Of a stretch of DNA of 64,000 nt, positions 63,814 through 64,000 are shown in pieces. The notes under the pieces are model-generated. The model was not told the DNA's origin. It saw nothing but the letters and a program-made list of their open reading frames with translations, and searched no databases. The translations under genes and the position numbers were made by a program. Origin of the DNA: Lama guanicoe (Eukaryota); NCBI GenBank assembly GCA_013239625.1, contig MU056029.1, positions 806,001 to 870,000 on the forward strand, given 5' to 3'. The stretch's first letter is position 1. Every line of letters starts with the position of its first letter.

Positions 63814-64000
63814 AGAAGAAGATGGGCTGTGGGCCCTTTGGATTTCCCCTTTCCTTTCATCTCCCAGAACCTACATTTCTTTTATTGCTTCTTCTCCTCA
63901 CTAGCCAGTACCCAAAGGGCTCCTCATCTTCTCTATTTTCAGCATCGTCACCCACTTTCGCCTCAGAAGCAGTGCATTTTGGAGACTGTCCCCTCAAGCC

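Overview
Mammalian genomic DNA, almost certainly from a camelid (alpaca/vicuna/camel), judged by about ten copies of a short tRNA-Ala-like SINE of the Vic-1 type. The window is repeat-dominated intronic or intergenic sequence: L1 of several ages, L2, MIR, MaLR/ERV LTRs, hAT MER elements and microsatellites, with three N gaps. I recognise no host protein-coding gene. The only recognisable peptides are decayed L1 ORF1/ORF2 fragments, and a few isolated splice-site-bounded candidate exons are unconfirmed. The most interesting signals concern retrotransposition and repair: (1) a ~370-bp TSD-flanked element made of an L1 5' end fused directly to an L1 3' end, possibly a spliced or non-autonomous bipartite L1 derivative, later caught in a local duplication/templated-insertion cluster; (2) an L1 with an apparent 3' transduction and a destroyed own poly(A) signal; (3) a TSD-flanked 144-bp retroposed fragment of formerly CpG-rich non-repeat sequence; (4) a four-LTR cluster with a templated hairpin junction; (5) a twin-primed 5'-inverted L1. 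Repeat family names come from recalled consensus features, not from a database search, and repeat boundaries without TSDs are approximate.
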